Origin: Candidatus Omnitrophota bacterium
GTDB lineage: Bacteria > Omnitrophota > Gorgyraeia > Gygaellales > Profunditerraquicolaceae
Direction of reading: 5' to 3'
NCBI GenBank assembly: GCA_043812955.1
Contig: JBDRLN010000066.1
Span: 64,885 to 128,884 of the forward strand
Length of the DNA stretch: 64,000 nucleotides
The notes under the pieces are model-generated. The model saw only the letters and a program-made list of their open reading frames with translations. It made no database searches and was not told where the DNA came from. The stretch's first letter is position 1; every line of letters begins with the position of its first letter. Both the position numbers and the translations under genes were made by a program. Below are positions 37,946 to 47,384 of the stretch, piece by piece.

Positions 37946-39547
37946 ATGAGGTTAGTAAAGGCTATATTGTTGTTGTTCTTTATCACGTATCTCTTATATC
38001 TTAATCCTTCATTTTCCCAGGATTCAAGTGATATTATTGGGAGAATAATTGCCTGTGGCAAGGCGGATGCCTGTTATTCTGAATTAGAGCAGCTTAAGGA
38101 CTTGAATTTTAAAAATAATAGTTACGCCCAGTTTATCCAGACCTTAAAGAATATCTCCCGGAGGAAGAAATCCCTGGAACATTATTGCGCTTATTTTATA
38201 GCCCTCGCCCGCTATCAGCAACTTAAGTATTTAGAAAGTAGCCAGATCTGGGATGAGTATTTTGGCAAAGGCGATGAGTACAGGAAAGAGTTGTCAGCGA
38301 ATCTACTAGAAGCGTTGGAAATGGTTTCGCCCGGAGAAAAAACCTATCTTTATAGCCGTCTGCTTAGGTGGCAGTTCTTTAAGGACCAGCAGGATCCGAA
38401 AGAAGAGAGGGCGTTTAATGATCTGATCAAAGCCGTAAATGAATATTCCAAAGTTTCTCAAGAAACCCAGCCGCTTAAGGATATTGGAGATAAGCTTTTA
38501 GCTTACGGTTATAAAGGCAAGTCTAAAGAAATCTACCGTCTATATGTGGAGAAAATAACTACTTCTAATATTAAAGATGAAGCGCTCTATGATATAGCTG
38601 CGGTTTTTTTTAAGGAAGGCAACCTGGAGCTGGCCCAAATAATCTATGATGTTTATATCGAAAGGATTATCAAGGCGTTACCTAAAGACCAGGCAATATC
38701 CATTCTATTTAAAATCGCCGGTGAGTTTGCTTATAAGGACACCGGCCTTAACGATGCCGTTTATGCTGAAAAGATATTTAAGAGGATAGAAAAATTAGCC
38801 GGTTTAAGCTACTTTAGCCAGGAGATGATGTATTTAAGGGCTTTTAACCTGGAAAAGTCCAAGGATTACGCAGGAGCTAAATTGGCCTATCAGGATTATA
38901 TTCAAGCCTATCCTGCCGGCAGCCGGCATAATGAGGCTGTTTTTAAATTAGGGATTATTTCTGCTTACATCTTCCGGGATATTGCCGGCGCAAAGAGTTA
39001 TTTGGAAAAGATACTGGGCTCTGTAGTAGTTAATTCTTATACTATTTCAGCCCTATACCAATTAGGGTTGCTTAATCAATGGCAGGGTGATTTGATTAAG
39101 GCCAAAGAATATTATAATAGATTAATCGAAATATCTAAGGGTAATAGTATTTTTAAGAAAGAAGCGGATTCAGCACAAGAAAGATTAAAGGAGATTGAAA
39201 ACGGCAAGCCCTTAAGCTATAATTTGAATATTCTTCTGGATGTTTCTTTGAAAGATGAATATGCTATGTTGGATACGTCCAGCTCGAGTTTAAAATCTTC
39301 TTCTTATAACCTTAAGCCGGAAGCGCAGGTCAGTCTGAATCTGGGTACCTATAAACAGGAGAGTGGCTGTAGCCCGGTAACCCTGCAATACATCTGGTCA
39401 GGAGATACAGGTAAAACTCCTCCGAATTTAGAATCAGTAGTTTTTGACACATCGTATCTTACCGCAGGAACTAAGTTTATCGGCGTAGTAATAGTCGGCC
39501 CCAGCGGTGTCATCGGCAGGAACATTGATATGATTGATGTAGAGTAG
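37946..39547 (+). CDS. Secreted TPR-repeat protein (hypothetical)
   Basis: Signal peptide and multiple TPR-like helical repeats. Confidence 0.6.
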   Translation: MRLVKAILLLFFITYLLYLNPSFSQDSSDIIGRIIACGKADACYSELEQLKDLNFKNNSYAQFIQTLKNISRRKKSLEHYCAYFIALARYQQLKYLESSQIWDEYFGKGDEYRKELSANLLEALEMVSPGEKTYLYSRLLRWQFFKDQQDPKEERAFNDLIKAVNEYSKVSQETQPLKDIGDKLLAYGYKGKSKEIYRLYVEKITTSNIKDEALYDIAAVFFKEGNLELAQIIYDVYIERIIKALPKDQAISILFKIAGEFAYKDTGLNDAVYAEKIFKRIEKLAGLSYFSQEMMYLRAFNLEKSKDYAGAKLAYQDYIQAYPAGSRHNEAVFKLGIISAYIFRDIAGAKSYLEKILGSVVVNSYTISALYQLGLLNQWQGDLIKAKEYYNRLIEISKGNSIFKKEADSAQERLKEIENGKPLSYNLNILLDVSLKDEYAMLDTSSSSLKSSSYNLKPEAQVSLNLGTYKQESGCSPVTLQYIWSGDTGKTPPNLESVVFDTSYLTAGTKFIGVVIVGPSGVIGRNIDMIDVE

Positions 39548-40030
39548 GCTAGAGAACTAGGAACAACTAGGGGTCAGGTCCCTTCTATATAACCAATTGC
39601 AGTATATACCAGTTACACACAGTCGCTTTGCACTTTTTACTATCGCTGTCTTTAATGCTTAAAATGCAACTGTCGAGCTGCTCGTTCAGTGAGTTATTTT
39701 AGGGTTTTGCGCTCCGCGTGCTGAATATTTTTGCCGTCTGCTGCGGTTTATGGCTCACTCCCGACAACCGTATGCTGTTAAGAGAGTCTCCGTTCGCCGT
39801 AATTCCTTGTAGACTTTTGCCAAAAATGTTCTAATGCACGTTCCGGCAAACCCCTAAAATTGTCTAGAATAATATTCATTCACATCTCGCCAGCCGCATT
39901 TTTATATATGCTCTAGCAAAACCGCTAAAATTTCTGCAGGTGATATTCGCTCAAAAACCCGCCAGGGTTCATCTCTTTTGAATTAATTTAATTGCGCAAC
40001 CTACTAGTTGAGTTATAATTAGCTAAAGGA
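39548..40030. other. ~480-bp ORF-free island with distinct composition and three copies of a 16-mer (GCAAAACCSCTAAAAT, one inverted)
   Basis: No ORF of 60 aa or longer on either strand. Motif copies at about 39697 (inverted), 39846 and 39918. Confidence 0.5.
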
Positions 40031-40036
40031 GTGATC

Positions 40037-40441
40037 ATGGAGAAAAAAATTTCGGTTGTAATTATAACGATTGCCATAGTAGATTTTATTCTTGCTTTTA
40101 ATTTGCTATTTATGTTTTTTAACTTTGGCATGGGTAGTCAAGTAGCGAATATCAGCAGTAATTTGCGTCATCCACTAATCCCATTTCTTTACGGTTTTTG
40201 TCTTTCATTGCCTGTTCTTATCGCTGCTGTTTCAACAATTAAATTTAGACGGCTTGGCAGAAGGCTAAACATCTATATTTTTGTTTTAGGTGTTTTACTG
40301 TCTCTTGCGCCGTGTCTTGGTGGTGGGATGCGTTATTTAATAGAAGGACGATGGTTTCAATATGAGTTTGTCCGGTTATTGTTTTCCGTAGCAATTCTTG
40401 TATTTCTTTTCCTCCCTAAAGTAAAGGAGCAGTTTAAGTGA
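40037..40441 (+). CDS. Small polytopic membrane protein (4 TM helices, hypothetical)
   Basis: Hydrophobicity pattern. AAAGGAG RBS. Confidence 0.55.
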   Translation: MEKKISVVIITIAIVDFILAFNLLFMFFNFGMGSQVANISSNLRHPLIPFLYGFCLSLPVLIAAVSTIKFRRLGRRLNIYIFVLGVLLSLAPCLGGGMRYLIEGRWFQYEFVRLLFSVAILVFLFLPKVKEQFK

Positions 40442-40584
40442 ATAAAAAACAATTGATAGTTGCCTTGGCGCTCTTAGTATTTCTGTGTGGGTGCGATAAG
40501 TTTGCCGTCAAAAACGGCAAGGCCGGATTCACTATTCCTTTTGATTTACCCCAGAACAAATCTAACACAGATAAAATTAAGTGA
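40438..40584 (+). CDS. Small lipoprotein (48 aa, hypothetical)
   Basis: The GTG start overlaps the upstream stop (GTGA), and its own stop overlaps the next GTG start. Lipobox LFLCGC. Confidence 0.35.
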   Translation: MNKKQLIVALALLVFLCGCDKFAVKNGKAGFTIPFDLPQNKSNTDKIK

Positions 40585-41120
40585 AATTATCTTTCCTTTT
40601 ATTGTTATTGCTGGCTCCGATAGTATTATTCGTCGGAATTCTATCCCTTCCGCGGAATATCCTGGAGAAAGCCCCCTTTTATTCTAAGCCTCTTATAATA
40701 AATACAATTTGGTTGGCAAAAGAAATAAAAGAAATTTCTACAGATAAGAAGGGAAATAAGGTTTACGAGTTGATCCTAAATCAAGGAGAGCGACTAAAAC
40801 TAGAAAGAGACAAGGATGAAGGTTTATTCTCGTTTCAGACCGAAGAAAGCGAAGATAAATCCTTTTTTGTATTGACTAATAGGGTTGCCACAGACAAAGA
40901 GATTAAAAAGATTATGGGTATAATAAACAACAGGTTCTCAAACTCTTATTCTAGAAAAGAAATGGAAGCTAAATTAATTATTCCTGAAGGCTATAAACAA
41001 GATTTAGGTGTTAAATTTAATGATGTAGACTACACTTTATGCGTTTTATTTGCTATCTTCTGCCTACTAATGTATTTTCCAATTATAATAGCGATTATTA
41101 AACATTTAAGAAAAAGCTAA
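40581..41120 (+). CDS. Hypothetical membrane protein with TM helices at both termini
   Basis: ORF with hydrophobic ends and a charged middle. Confidence 0.5.
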   Translation: MKLSFLLLLLLAPIVLFVGILSLPRNILEKAPFYSKPLIINTIWLAKEIKEISTDKKGNKVYELILNQGERLKLERDKDEGLFSFQTEESEDKSFFVLTNRVATDKEIKKIMGIINNRFSNSYSRKEMEAKLIIPEGYKQDLGVKFNDVDYTLCVLFAIFCLLMYFPIIIAIIKHLRKS

Positions 41121-41143
41121 TAATTTAAAAAAGAGGTATTATT

Positions 41144-41176
41144 AAAAAACCGCCAATTGCTTGGCGGTTTTTTTAG
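41144..41176. terminator. Bidirectional rho-independent terminator (A-run, AACCGCCAA-ttgc-TTGGCGGTT, T-run)
   Basis: Read directly. Confidence 0.75.
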
Positions 41177-41181
41177 GTTAA

Positions 41182-41380
41182 TTGCGAGGAGAGGACCTTC
41201 CCGCTTAAATCATTTTATTATCTGAAGCGGGATCCCGACTATACAATGGTGGATACGGCGAGAACCTTTCTATTAATATATTGCGGGGGCATGATTTTCC
41301 CGCCAACATGATCTATAATCATAGCGGGATCTCGACTGTTCAATGGTGGAAATCGGGAGAACATGCCTATTTTAAATTAT
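41182..41380. repeat. Two tandem ~100-bp units of the GCGGGATCCCGAC repeat family, each starting with a degenerate copy of the tRNA-fMet 3' end
   Basis: ttgcgaggagagga (41182) and ttgcgggggcatga (41281) against the tRNA 3' end ttgcggggagagga (41381). Units share TTTCCCGC-N24-GCGGGATC(C/T)CGACT-N4-CAATGGTGGA-N5-G(C/G)GAGAAC. Confidence 0.75.
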
Positions 41381-41454
41381 TTGCGGGGAGAGGATTTGAA
41401 CCTCTGACCTCAAGGTTATGAGCCTTGCGAGCTACCAGGCTGCTCCACCCCGCG
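41381..41454 (-). tRNA. tRNA-fMet (anticodon CAU, initiator-type; CCA not encoded)
   Basis: Cloverleaf folds. CGCGGGGUGGAGCAGCCUGGUAGCUCG...GGUUCAAAUCC...CCCCGCAA closely follows the bacterial initiator tRNA. C1.A72 mismatch. Confidence 0.8.
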
Positions 41455-41519
41455 AAATTTCTACCCAAACAAAGAACAACGTAAACGTATTATAACTCAA
41501 AAAAATAAATAATCCAGGT

Positions 41520-41792
41520 TTATTCTTTTCCTCCGACTACCCTGACCGGGATTTCGTCTTTTCGGACTACTCCCATTTTTTCCCGCAGAATTCTCTCCTG
41601 ATATACCGGATCGTTCTCAATACGCCTAAGCTGCTCTTCTAAAAGTTTATTTTCTTTGCCCAAGGCTATATTTTTGTTAAATAAATCCCGGTTTCTATCC
41701 CGCAGTTCTTGGATCTTTGTGTAAGTAGGAAGAAATATGATTAAAAGCAAAATTGCTGCAGCAAAAAACAAAAAGATTTTTCTAAGAATCAT
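41520..41792 (-). CDS. ftsB: Cell division protein FtsB/DivIC-like (septum formation initiator)
   Basis: One TM helix plus a coiled coil. Conserved eno-ftsB synteny with a TAATG overlap. Confidence 0.7.
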   Translation of the reverse strand: MILRKIFLFFAAAILLLIIFLPTYTKIQELRDRNRDLFNKNIALGKENKLLEEQLRRIENDPVYQERILREKMGVVRKDEIPVRVVGGKE

Positions 41793-43057
41793 TATTTTTT
41801 CAATAATTTACCGGCGTAAATCGCCTTTTTACCTAATTCTTCCTCTATCCTTAAAAGCTCGTTATATTTGCAGATTCTGTCGGTGCGGGATAAAGAACCG
41901 GTTTTAATCTGACCGCATCCGGATGAAACAGCTAAATGGGCTATGGTCGTGTCTTCAGTCTCTCCGCTGCGGTGAGAAATAATCGCTTTGTATTTATTTT
42001 TATGGGCGATAGCAATAGTTTTTAAGGTTTCGGATAATGAGCCTATCTGGTTGACTTTTATTAGGATAGCATTGCCGATCCCATCTTGAATGCCTTTCTC
42101 GAAGATCTTGGGATTAGTAACGAATACATCATCGCCAACTAATTGTAATTTGGAGCCTAATTTACGGGTCATCTTTTGCCATCCATCGGCGTCGTGCTCG
42201 GAAAGCCCATCTTCTATAGATAGGATGGGGTATTTATTGATCCATCCAGCATAAATATCGATAAGGCCGTTGGAATCCCTTCGGGAATTATCAAAGGAAT
42301 AAATACCTTCTTTACAAAAAGAACTGGCTGCGCAATCTAAGGCCAGATAGACGTCTTTGCCGGGTTTATAGCCTGTTTTTTCAATTGCCTGTAAAATTAA
42401 CCCTAACGCTTCTTCATTAGATTGCAAGTTAGGAGCAAAACCGCCTTCATCACCTACTGAAGTAGAGAGGCTTTTGGATTTTAGAATAGATTTTAAATTG
42501 TGAAATACCTCAGTTGCCATCCGGATAGCCTCGCTAAAGCTTGGGGCGCCTACCGGCATGATCATAAATTCCTGGATATCCAGATTGTTATCTGCATGTA
42601 AACCGCCGTTTAAGATGTTCATCAAAGGCACGGGAAGGATTCTAGCTTTAACGCCACCTAGGAATTTGTATAAGGGTTGTTTTTTAGCTAGCGCAGCTGC
42701 TTTAGCCACTGCCATAGATACTCCTAAAATAGCATTGGCACCCAGCTTGGATTTGTTTTCGGTTCCGTCCAGGTCGATCATGATCTTATCTATCTTTTCG
42801 AAATCCGGCTCCAATCCCTTTATTTCAGAGGCAATTACAGTATTGACATTGTTTACCGCGTTTAAAACCCCCTTACCTAAATATTTAGCTTTATCCCCAT
42901 CACGCATCTCCAGGGCTTCATTATCACCGGTAGACGCCCCTGAAGGCACAGCCGCCCTTCCCAGAATGCCGTTATTTAAAATAACATCAACCTCTACGGT
43001 AGGGTTACCCCGGGAATCTAAAATCTGTCTGCCCTGAATCTTTTTGATCTTGCTCAT
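41792..43057 (-). CDS. eno: Enolase (phosphopyruvate hydratase)
   Basis: [14 protein letters not shown]; [13 protein letters not shown]; full length. A TTGACT-N16-TATAAT promoter lies at about 43095-43125 on the minus strand. Confidence 0.95.
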   Translation of the reverse strand: MSKIKKIQGRQILDSRGNPTVEVDVILNNGILGRAAVPSGASTGDNEALEMRDGDKAKYLGKGVLNAVNNVNTVIASEIKGLEPDFEKIDKIMIDLDGTENKSKLGANAILGVSMAVAKAAALAKKQPLYKFLGGVKARILPVPLMNILNGGLHADNNLDIQEFMIMPVGAPSFSEAIRMATEVFHNLKSILKSKSLSTSVGDEGGFAPNLQSNEEALGLILQAIEKTGYKPGKDVYLALDCAASSFCKEGIYSFDNSRRDSNGLIDIYAGWINKYPILSIEDGLSEHDADGWQKMTRKLGSKLQLVGDDVFVTNPKIFEKGIQDGIGNAILIKVNQIGSLSETLKTIAIAHKNKYKAIISHRSGETEDTTIAHLAVSSGCGQIKTGSLSRTDRICKYNELLRIEEELGKKAIYAGKLLKK

Positions 43058-43139
43058 TTATTGTTTTCTCCTTAGGTTATTGATTTAGGGGTGAAAGTAC
43101 ATTATACATACCAAACTACTACAGTCAAACAATATTTAT

Positions 43140-43245
43140 GGCAGGTAGGTAGCGGGTCCTGCCCGAAGGAGACGGCTCTTGGGCCCCTCCGCCCGGTGTG
43201 GATCCTCCCAAATCGCCGCCATCCTTCGGTCACCCGCTGTTCTTG
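43140..43245. ncRNA. GC-rich (~65%) ~100-nt extended imperfect hairpin between the divergent eno and ftsH promoters; candidate small structured RNA or protein-binding element
   Basis: 5' GCGGGT..CCGAAGGA..GACGGC pairs with 3' GCCGCC..TCCTTCGG..ACCCGC. No plausible ORF. The ftsH promoter (43278-43306) lies downstream of it. Confidence 0.35.
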
Positions 43246-43332
43246 TTATAATAGTAGTGCAATTTTTAAAAGAAGAATTGACTTTTGAAGGCTAATGTGA
43301 TAATTTAAAGTTCTATGAAAGGAGCAAGCCCC

Positions 43333-45027
43333 ATGAATTGGCGAAAAACCAAGGTGTTTTTTAAACTGCACTGGTTAGGTATCAGCGGTTCGATTGTTGT
43401 CATTGCCATAGCTATATCTTTCGTGTATTTCGTAAGCAGCGCTGTAAATGCCTGGATTACATCCGAGTCTTATTTCAAAAAATCACTTCTCGCCCAGAAT
43501 GCGATTTTCTTCTATATATTCCTGGTTTTGAATTTAATCACCCTGCCGTTAAGCGGTTTACTCTGGATATGGGTTATGAGGGGCGGGCATATGAAGTTTT
43601 CCCAGATAGGCAAAAAAGCGGTAAAGGGTAAAGAAATAAAAATACATTGGCAGGATGTTATCGGTATGGAAGAAGCCAAGGAAGAGGCGATGGAAGTGGT
43701 GCGTTTAGTTTCTGACCGGGCTAAACTGCAGGCAATCGGGGGCCAGATTTTAAGGGGGATATTAATGATCGGCCCTCCGGGCTGCGGCAAGACCTATTTA
43801 GCCAAAGCTATTGCTACCGAAGCAAATATGCCTTTTATTTCAATGTCCGGCTCAGAATTTATCGAGATGTTTGTGGGAGTAGGGGCCAGCCGGATCCGCA
43901 AACTTTTCAAACAGGCTCGGCAATTAGCCTATACAGACGGCGGCTGTATAATTTTTATTGATGAACTTGATGCGGTTGGGGCCCAGCGTTCAGTGGACCG
44001 GGGTTTTGGCGGCCAGACAGAATCCAACACTACTTTAAACCAATTGCTTATAGAAATGGATGGTTTAAAGGAAAAAGAACAAAACGTGATTATAATCGGG
44101 GCGACCAATGCGCCAGAAGGTTTCCTGGATCCTGCTTTGATAAGGCCGGGAAGATTTGACCGTAAAATTTATGTTAATCAGCCTAACCTGGAAGAGCGGG
44201 AGAAGCTATTTGAGTATTACATGAAAGAAGTCAAATGCGATGATACAGTAGACCGCCAGCGCATGGCCAGGCTAACCGTTGGCAATAGCCCTGCGGATAT
44301 CTCTAATCTTATCCGGGAAGCGGCTTTAATTGCCGTCAGAAACAGGAAAGAGCTGATTTCTATGAAAGAAATTTCTGAGGCCTATGATCGGGTGGAGATG
44401 GGCATAAAACATAAAATAGTCTTTGCCCAGAGCGACAGGGAGAAGATCGCTTATCATGAAGCCGGACATGCCATAGCTATGTATTTTCTGGCCCCTCATA
44501 AAGATGTTTTTAAGGCTACAATACTTGCCAGGGGCGGGGCCTTAGGGTTTGTTATGCCCCACCCGCGGGAAGAAATACATGTGCGCACTAAAGATCAATA
44601 CCTGGGGGATATTAAGGTCAGCCTGGGTTCTTATGCCGCAGAGAAATTAAAGCTTAAAATTACTACTTCCGGCGTGAGCCAGGATTTTACTAGTGCCATG
44701 CGGATTGCCCATCAGATGGTTTGGAATTGGGGTATGGGTAATTCCGGGTTAGTAGGTAATTACGGTTTATTGGCTTCTATGAACCAGGGGATGGGTGTAT
44801 TTAAAGGGGAAAATGTTTCTTATATTTCGGAAAAACTTAAAGAACAACTAAATAATGACGTCCAACAGATTATCAACGGATGTTTAAAAGAGGTGGATGA
44901 TCTTTTAAAACAGGAATCCGCTCTTCTTGAGCGTTTTGCCAAGGAACTGCTGGCCAAAGACGAATTAAATTATGATGAGATTGAAGCTATATTTAAAGAA
45001 TTCCATAAAGCCCGCCCTCCTATTTAA
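43333..45027 (+). CDS. FtsH-family ATP-dependent zinc metalloprotease, minimal form (two TM helices, no periplasmic domain)
   Basis: Walker A GPPGCGKT; Walker B IIFIDELD; SRH/arginine fingers; zinc motif HEAGHAI. The ATG at 43333 has a GGAG RBS; the track's start at 43315 lacks one. Confidence 0.8.
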   Translation: MNWRKTKVFFKLHWLGISGSIVVIAIAISFVYFVSSAVNAWITSESYFKKSLLAQNAIFFYIFLVLNLITLPLSGLLWIWVMRGGHMKFSQIGKKAVKGKEIKIHWQDVIGMEEAKEEAMEVVRLVSDRAKLQAIGGQILRGILMIGPPGCGKTYLAKAIATEANMPFISMSGSEFIEMFVGVGASRIRKLFKQARQLAYTDGGCIIFIDELDAVGAQRSVDRGFGGQTESNTTLNQLLIEMDGLKEKEQNVIIIGATNAPEGFLDPALIRPGRFDRKIYVNQPNLEEREKLFEYYMKEVKCDDTVDRQRMARLTVGNSPADISNLIREAALIAVRNRKELISMKEISEAYDRVEMGIKHKIVFAQSDREKIAYHEAGHAIAMYFLAPHKDVFKATILARGGALGFVMPHPREEIHVRTKDQYLGDIKVSLGSYAAEKLKLKITTSGVSQDFTSAMRIAHQMVWNWGMGNSGLVGNYGLLASMNQGMGVFKGENVSYISEKLKEQLNNDVQQIINGCLKEVDDLLKQESALLERFAKELLAKDELNYDEIEAIFKEFHKARPPI

Positions 45028-45850
45028 TCTGATATTAATATTTTCGCTTTTTTTATCCGGCTGCGATAGTTCGATAAAGCCCACTTATAAAGAAGAAGAT
45101 ATCCCATTTCTGGTAAAGAAAATCTGTAAAGAAGAATATAAGCTGGATGTAATTACTAAAAGAAATCCTACTGCGCTATGGATTTATGCTCCTTTACAAA
45201 AGATCCTGCATAATGAATATGGTATCAAAGAAGGAAAGTTTTTTGATGAAGAGATTATGGAGAAAATGCGCAATATATTGACTACGGTAGGCAGGGTATT
45301 GATTAGTTCCGATAATGCCCCAGAATTCTTTGCCTTGTTGGCCTCGGATATTAATATCGGTATAGATTATACTATAATTAGCAGCGTTTTGGATTTAAAG
45401 AAATCTTATGCGGGATTTATCCCCTGGACCGAGGCTAACCGTAGGTATGTGGTTAGGTTGAAAGAAAACTCCGAGGCAATAAATGATAAGACTGGCCAGC
45501 ATCTAATAGCCGAAAAGATAGTTTTGCCTGATTTTTTGGCCGAGCAGATAGCCGGGAGGATAGGCAGCCATTTTCAGGGAGAAGCTTTAAAGGGGAGTTT
45601 TAAGGTAGATAAAGTAGATGGAGTTTTTGAAATTGATAGGTTTATATTTGAATATTCCATAAACCAGACTCAAGCCTTAAAAAATAAGATAGATCTGCAG
45701 AATGAGATAATAAAGATAGCGGCTTATTGTATCAAGACTTATGAGTTTAAGGATTTTTCAGCGGTGGAGTTAAAGGATTTGTTTACTAACGAGGAAACTG
45801 TAGTTGGTAAGGATTTTATCTGGTCCAGCCCGGTTAATGAGAGATTCTGA
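44972..45850 (+). CDS. Hypothetical lipoprotein
   Basis: Lipobox FLSGC. The start overlaps the ftsH end by 56 nt, so the start is uncertain. Confidence 0.5.
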   Translation: MMRLKLYLKNSIKPALLFNLILIFSLFLSGCDSSIKPTYKEEDIPFLVKKICKEEYKLDVITKRNPTALWIYAPLQKILHNEYGIKEGKFFDEEIMEKMRNILTTVGRVLISSDNAPEFFALLASDINIGIDYTIISSVLDLKKSYAGFIPWTEANRRYVVRLKENSEAINDKTGQHLIAEKIVLPDFLAEQIAGRIGSHFQGEALKGSFKVDKVDGVFEIDRFIFEYSINQTQALKNKIDLQNEIIKIAAYCIKTYEFKDFSAVELKDLFTNEETVVGKDFIWSSPVNERF

Positions 45851-46415
45851 TTCTTCTTCCTTTTAAGGAGAGCTTGCCGTCCAAAAATAATTTTATAGCC
45901 TTAGGATAGATCCCGTGTTCGATTTGATGAATTTTTTCCTCTAGAGAGCGGATAGTGTCGAACATATCTATTTTTACAGCCTCCTGAAGGATTATCGGGC
46001 CATGGTCTATTAATTCATCTACGAAATGAACGGTTACTCCGGTAATCCTGACTCCGTAATCAAGGGCATCTTTTATGCCCTGCCTTCCTTTAAAAGAAGG
46101 CAGGAGGCTGGGGTGGATATTGATGATCCGGTTTTTATGTTTTCGGATAAATTCCTTACTTAAGACCCGCATAAAACCAGCCAGGATAATTAAATGTACT
46201 TTTTCTTTCTTGATATATCCGGCGATTTTTGCTTCATTTGATTCCAGGATAACTTTTATACCCATATTTTTAGCCTTACTGATCACTGCTGCTTCTGGGT
46301 TATCGCAGACTAAAAGCGCGAGTCTGCATTTTAGTCTCCCCTTTTTAATTTCTTTAGCTATCGCTAAAAAATTGCTCCCCCGGCCTGAAGCGAATACCGC
46401 TATATTTTTATTCAT
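45834..46415 (-). CDS. purN: Phosphoribosylglycinamide formyltransferase
   Basis: FASGRGSN...HPSLLPSFKG...VHFVDE...D, the PurN motifs. Confidence 0.85.
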   Translation of the reverse strand: MNKNIAVFASGRGSNFLAIAKEIKKGRLKCRLALLVCDNPEAAVISKAKNMGIKVILESNEAKIAGYIKKEKVHLIILAGFMRVLSKEFIRKHKNRIINIHPSLLPSFKGRQGIKDALDYGVRITGVTVHFVDELIDHGPIILQEAVKIDMFDTIRSLEEKIHQIEHGIYPKAIKLFLDGKLSLKGRRIRISH

Positions 46416-46474
46416 ATCATCGCCTTTACTTTACCTATACCTCTACCTATACAAAATATTGCCGAGTTTATTTA

Positions 46475-47260
46475 TTACCTAATTCGAATTGTCTTCGCGG
46501 GGCATACCTTAACGCAATCCCCGCAGGAAATGCATTTATTATAGTTTATAATTGCCAAATTATCAACTATATGTATCGCGTCGTACTTGCAGGTTTTTTC
46601 GCAAATCCGGCAGGCAATGCATCCCACAGAACAGACTATCCTGGTATCTTTTCCTGGATCGCGGGAACTACAGGCAACATATACAGATGAAGAATAAGGC
46701 CCAAGAAAAAAAAGTTTTTTAGGGCATACTTCTACGCATTTATTGCAGGCAAGGCATTTTTGACTATCTATTACCGGTAGAAATTCCTTCGACATCTTAA
46801 TTGCCCCAAAAGGGCAAACCCTAGAGCAATCACCAAACCCTAAACACCCGAAAAAACATTCTTTTTGCCCGCCCAGAGCGAGGATAGCCTCCGAGCAGTT
46901 TATAAGGCCGGTATAGGAAAATTTATCTTTTACTTTTATACCACCATTGCAGCGCAGGATAGCGTTAAGCCGTATCTTTTTGTCCAGTTTCTGCCCTAAT
47001 ACTTTAGCAATTTCTTGTTTATTATTGTCCGTGTTTACTTTACACTTTTGAATATCTATCTCTCCGGATAGCAGGCCTTCCGCAAAACCTAAGCAACCGG
47101 CTTTGCCGCAGGCGCCGCAGTTAGCTCCTGGCAGAAGGGTCAATATCTTATCGAGCCGGGGGTCGCCAGTAACAGAAAACTTTTTTGAGGCTAGGATTAA
47201 ACCTATGCCAAATGCTAATCCCAGCCCGCCCAATATTAATGCGGGTATTATTATATCCAT
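46475..47260 (-). CDS. rnfB: Rnf/ion-translocating ferredoxin:NAD+ oxidoreductase subunit B
   Basis: N-terminal TM helix, CGAC...C cluster and two 4Fe-4S ferredoxin motifs. Confidence 0.85.
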   Translation of the reverse strand: MDIIIPALILGGLGLAFGIGLILASKKFSVTGDPRLDKILTLLPGANCGACGKAGCLGFAEGLLSGEIDIQKCKVNTDNNKQEIAKVLGQKLDKKIRLNAILRCNGGIKVKDKFSYTGLINCSEAILALGGQKECFFGCLGFGDCSRVCPFGAIKMSKEFLPVIDSQKCLACNKCVEVCPKKLFFLGPYSSSVYVACSSRDPGKDTRIVCSVGCIACRICEKTCKYDAIHIVDNLAIINYNKCISCGDCVKVCPAKTIRIR

Positions 47261-47384
47261 AGTTAGCGTAAAGTGTAAAACGCCTGAAAATGGGAACAGG
47301 ATTATTTTTCTTTATTCTGCTTGCTCGTAAAAAATAATTCCGATCCCATTAGCGCTCTAAGCTTATTCTTAATTCTCATTTTTC

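Noticed and set aside
40487-40687. 66-aa plus-strand ORF
   Set aside because: Out of frame with the two translationally coupled genes it overlaps (40438-40584 and 40581-41120). No RBS.
41182-41380. CRISPR array interpretation of the tRNA-adjacent repeats
   Set aside because: Only two units per locus. Units are ~95 bp with long conserved cores and short variable parts, the reverse of repeat/spacer architecture. No cas genes in the window.
42558-43037. 159-aa plus-strand ORF
   Set aside because: Antisense to enolase, which is unambiguous.
43140-43245. Confident call of SRP (4.5S) RNA
   Set aside because: Size, GC content and long-hairpin shape fit. However I could not find the conserved domain-IV motifs (GNRA loop with AGCAGCC/GGCA internal loops), and the CCGAAGGA segment is basal rather than apical. 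Left as an unclassified candidate.
43091-43288. 65-aa plus-strand ORF over the GC-rich hairpin
   Set aside because: The translation is Cys/Pro/Arg-rich nonsense produced by the GC-rich structured element. No RBS. Treated as non-coding.
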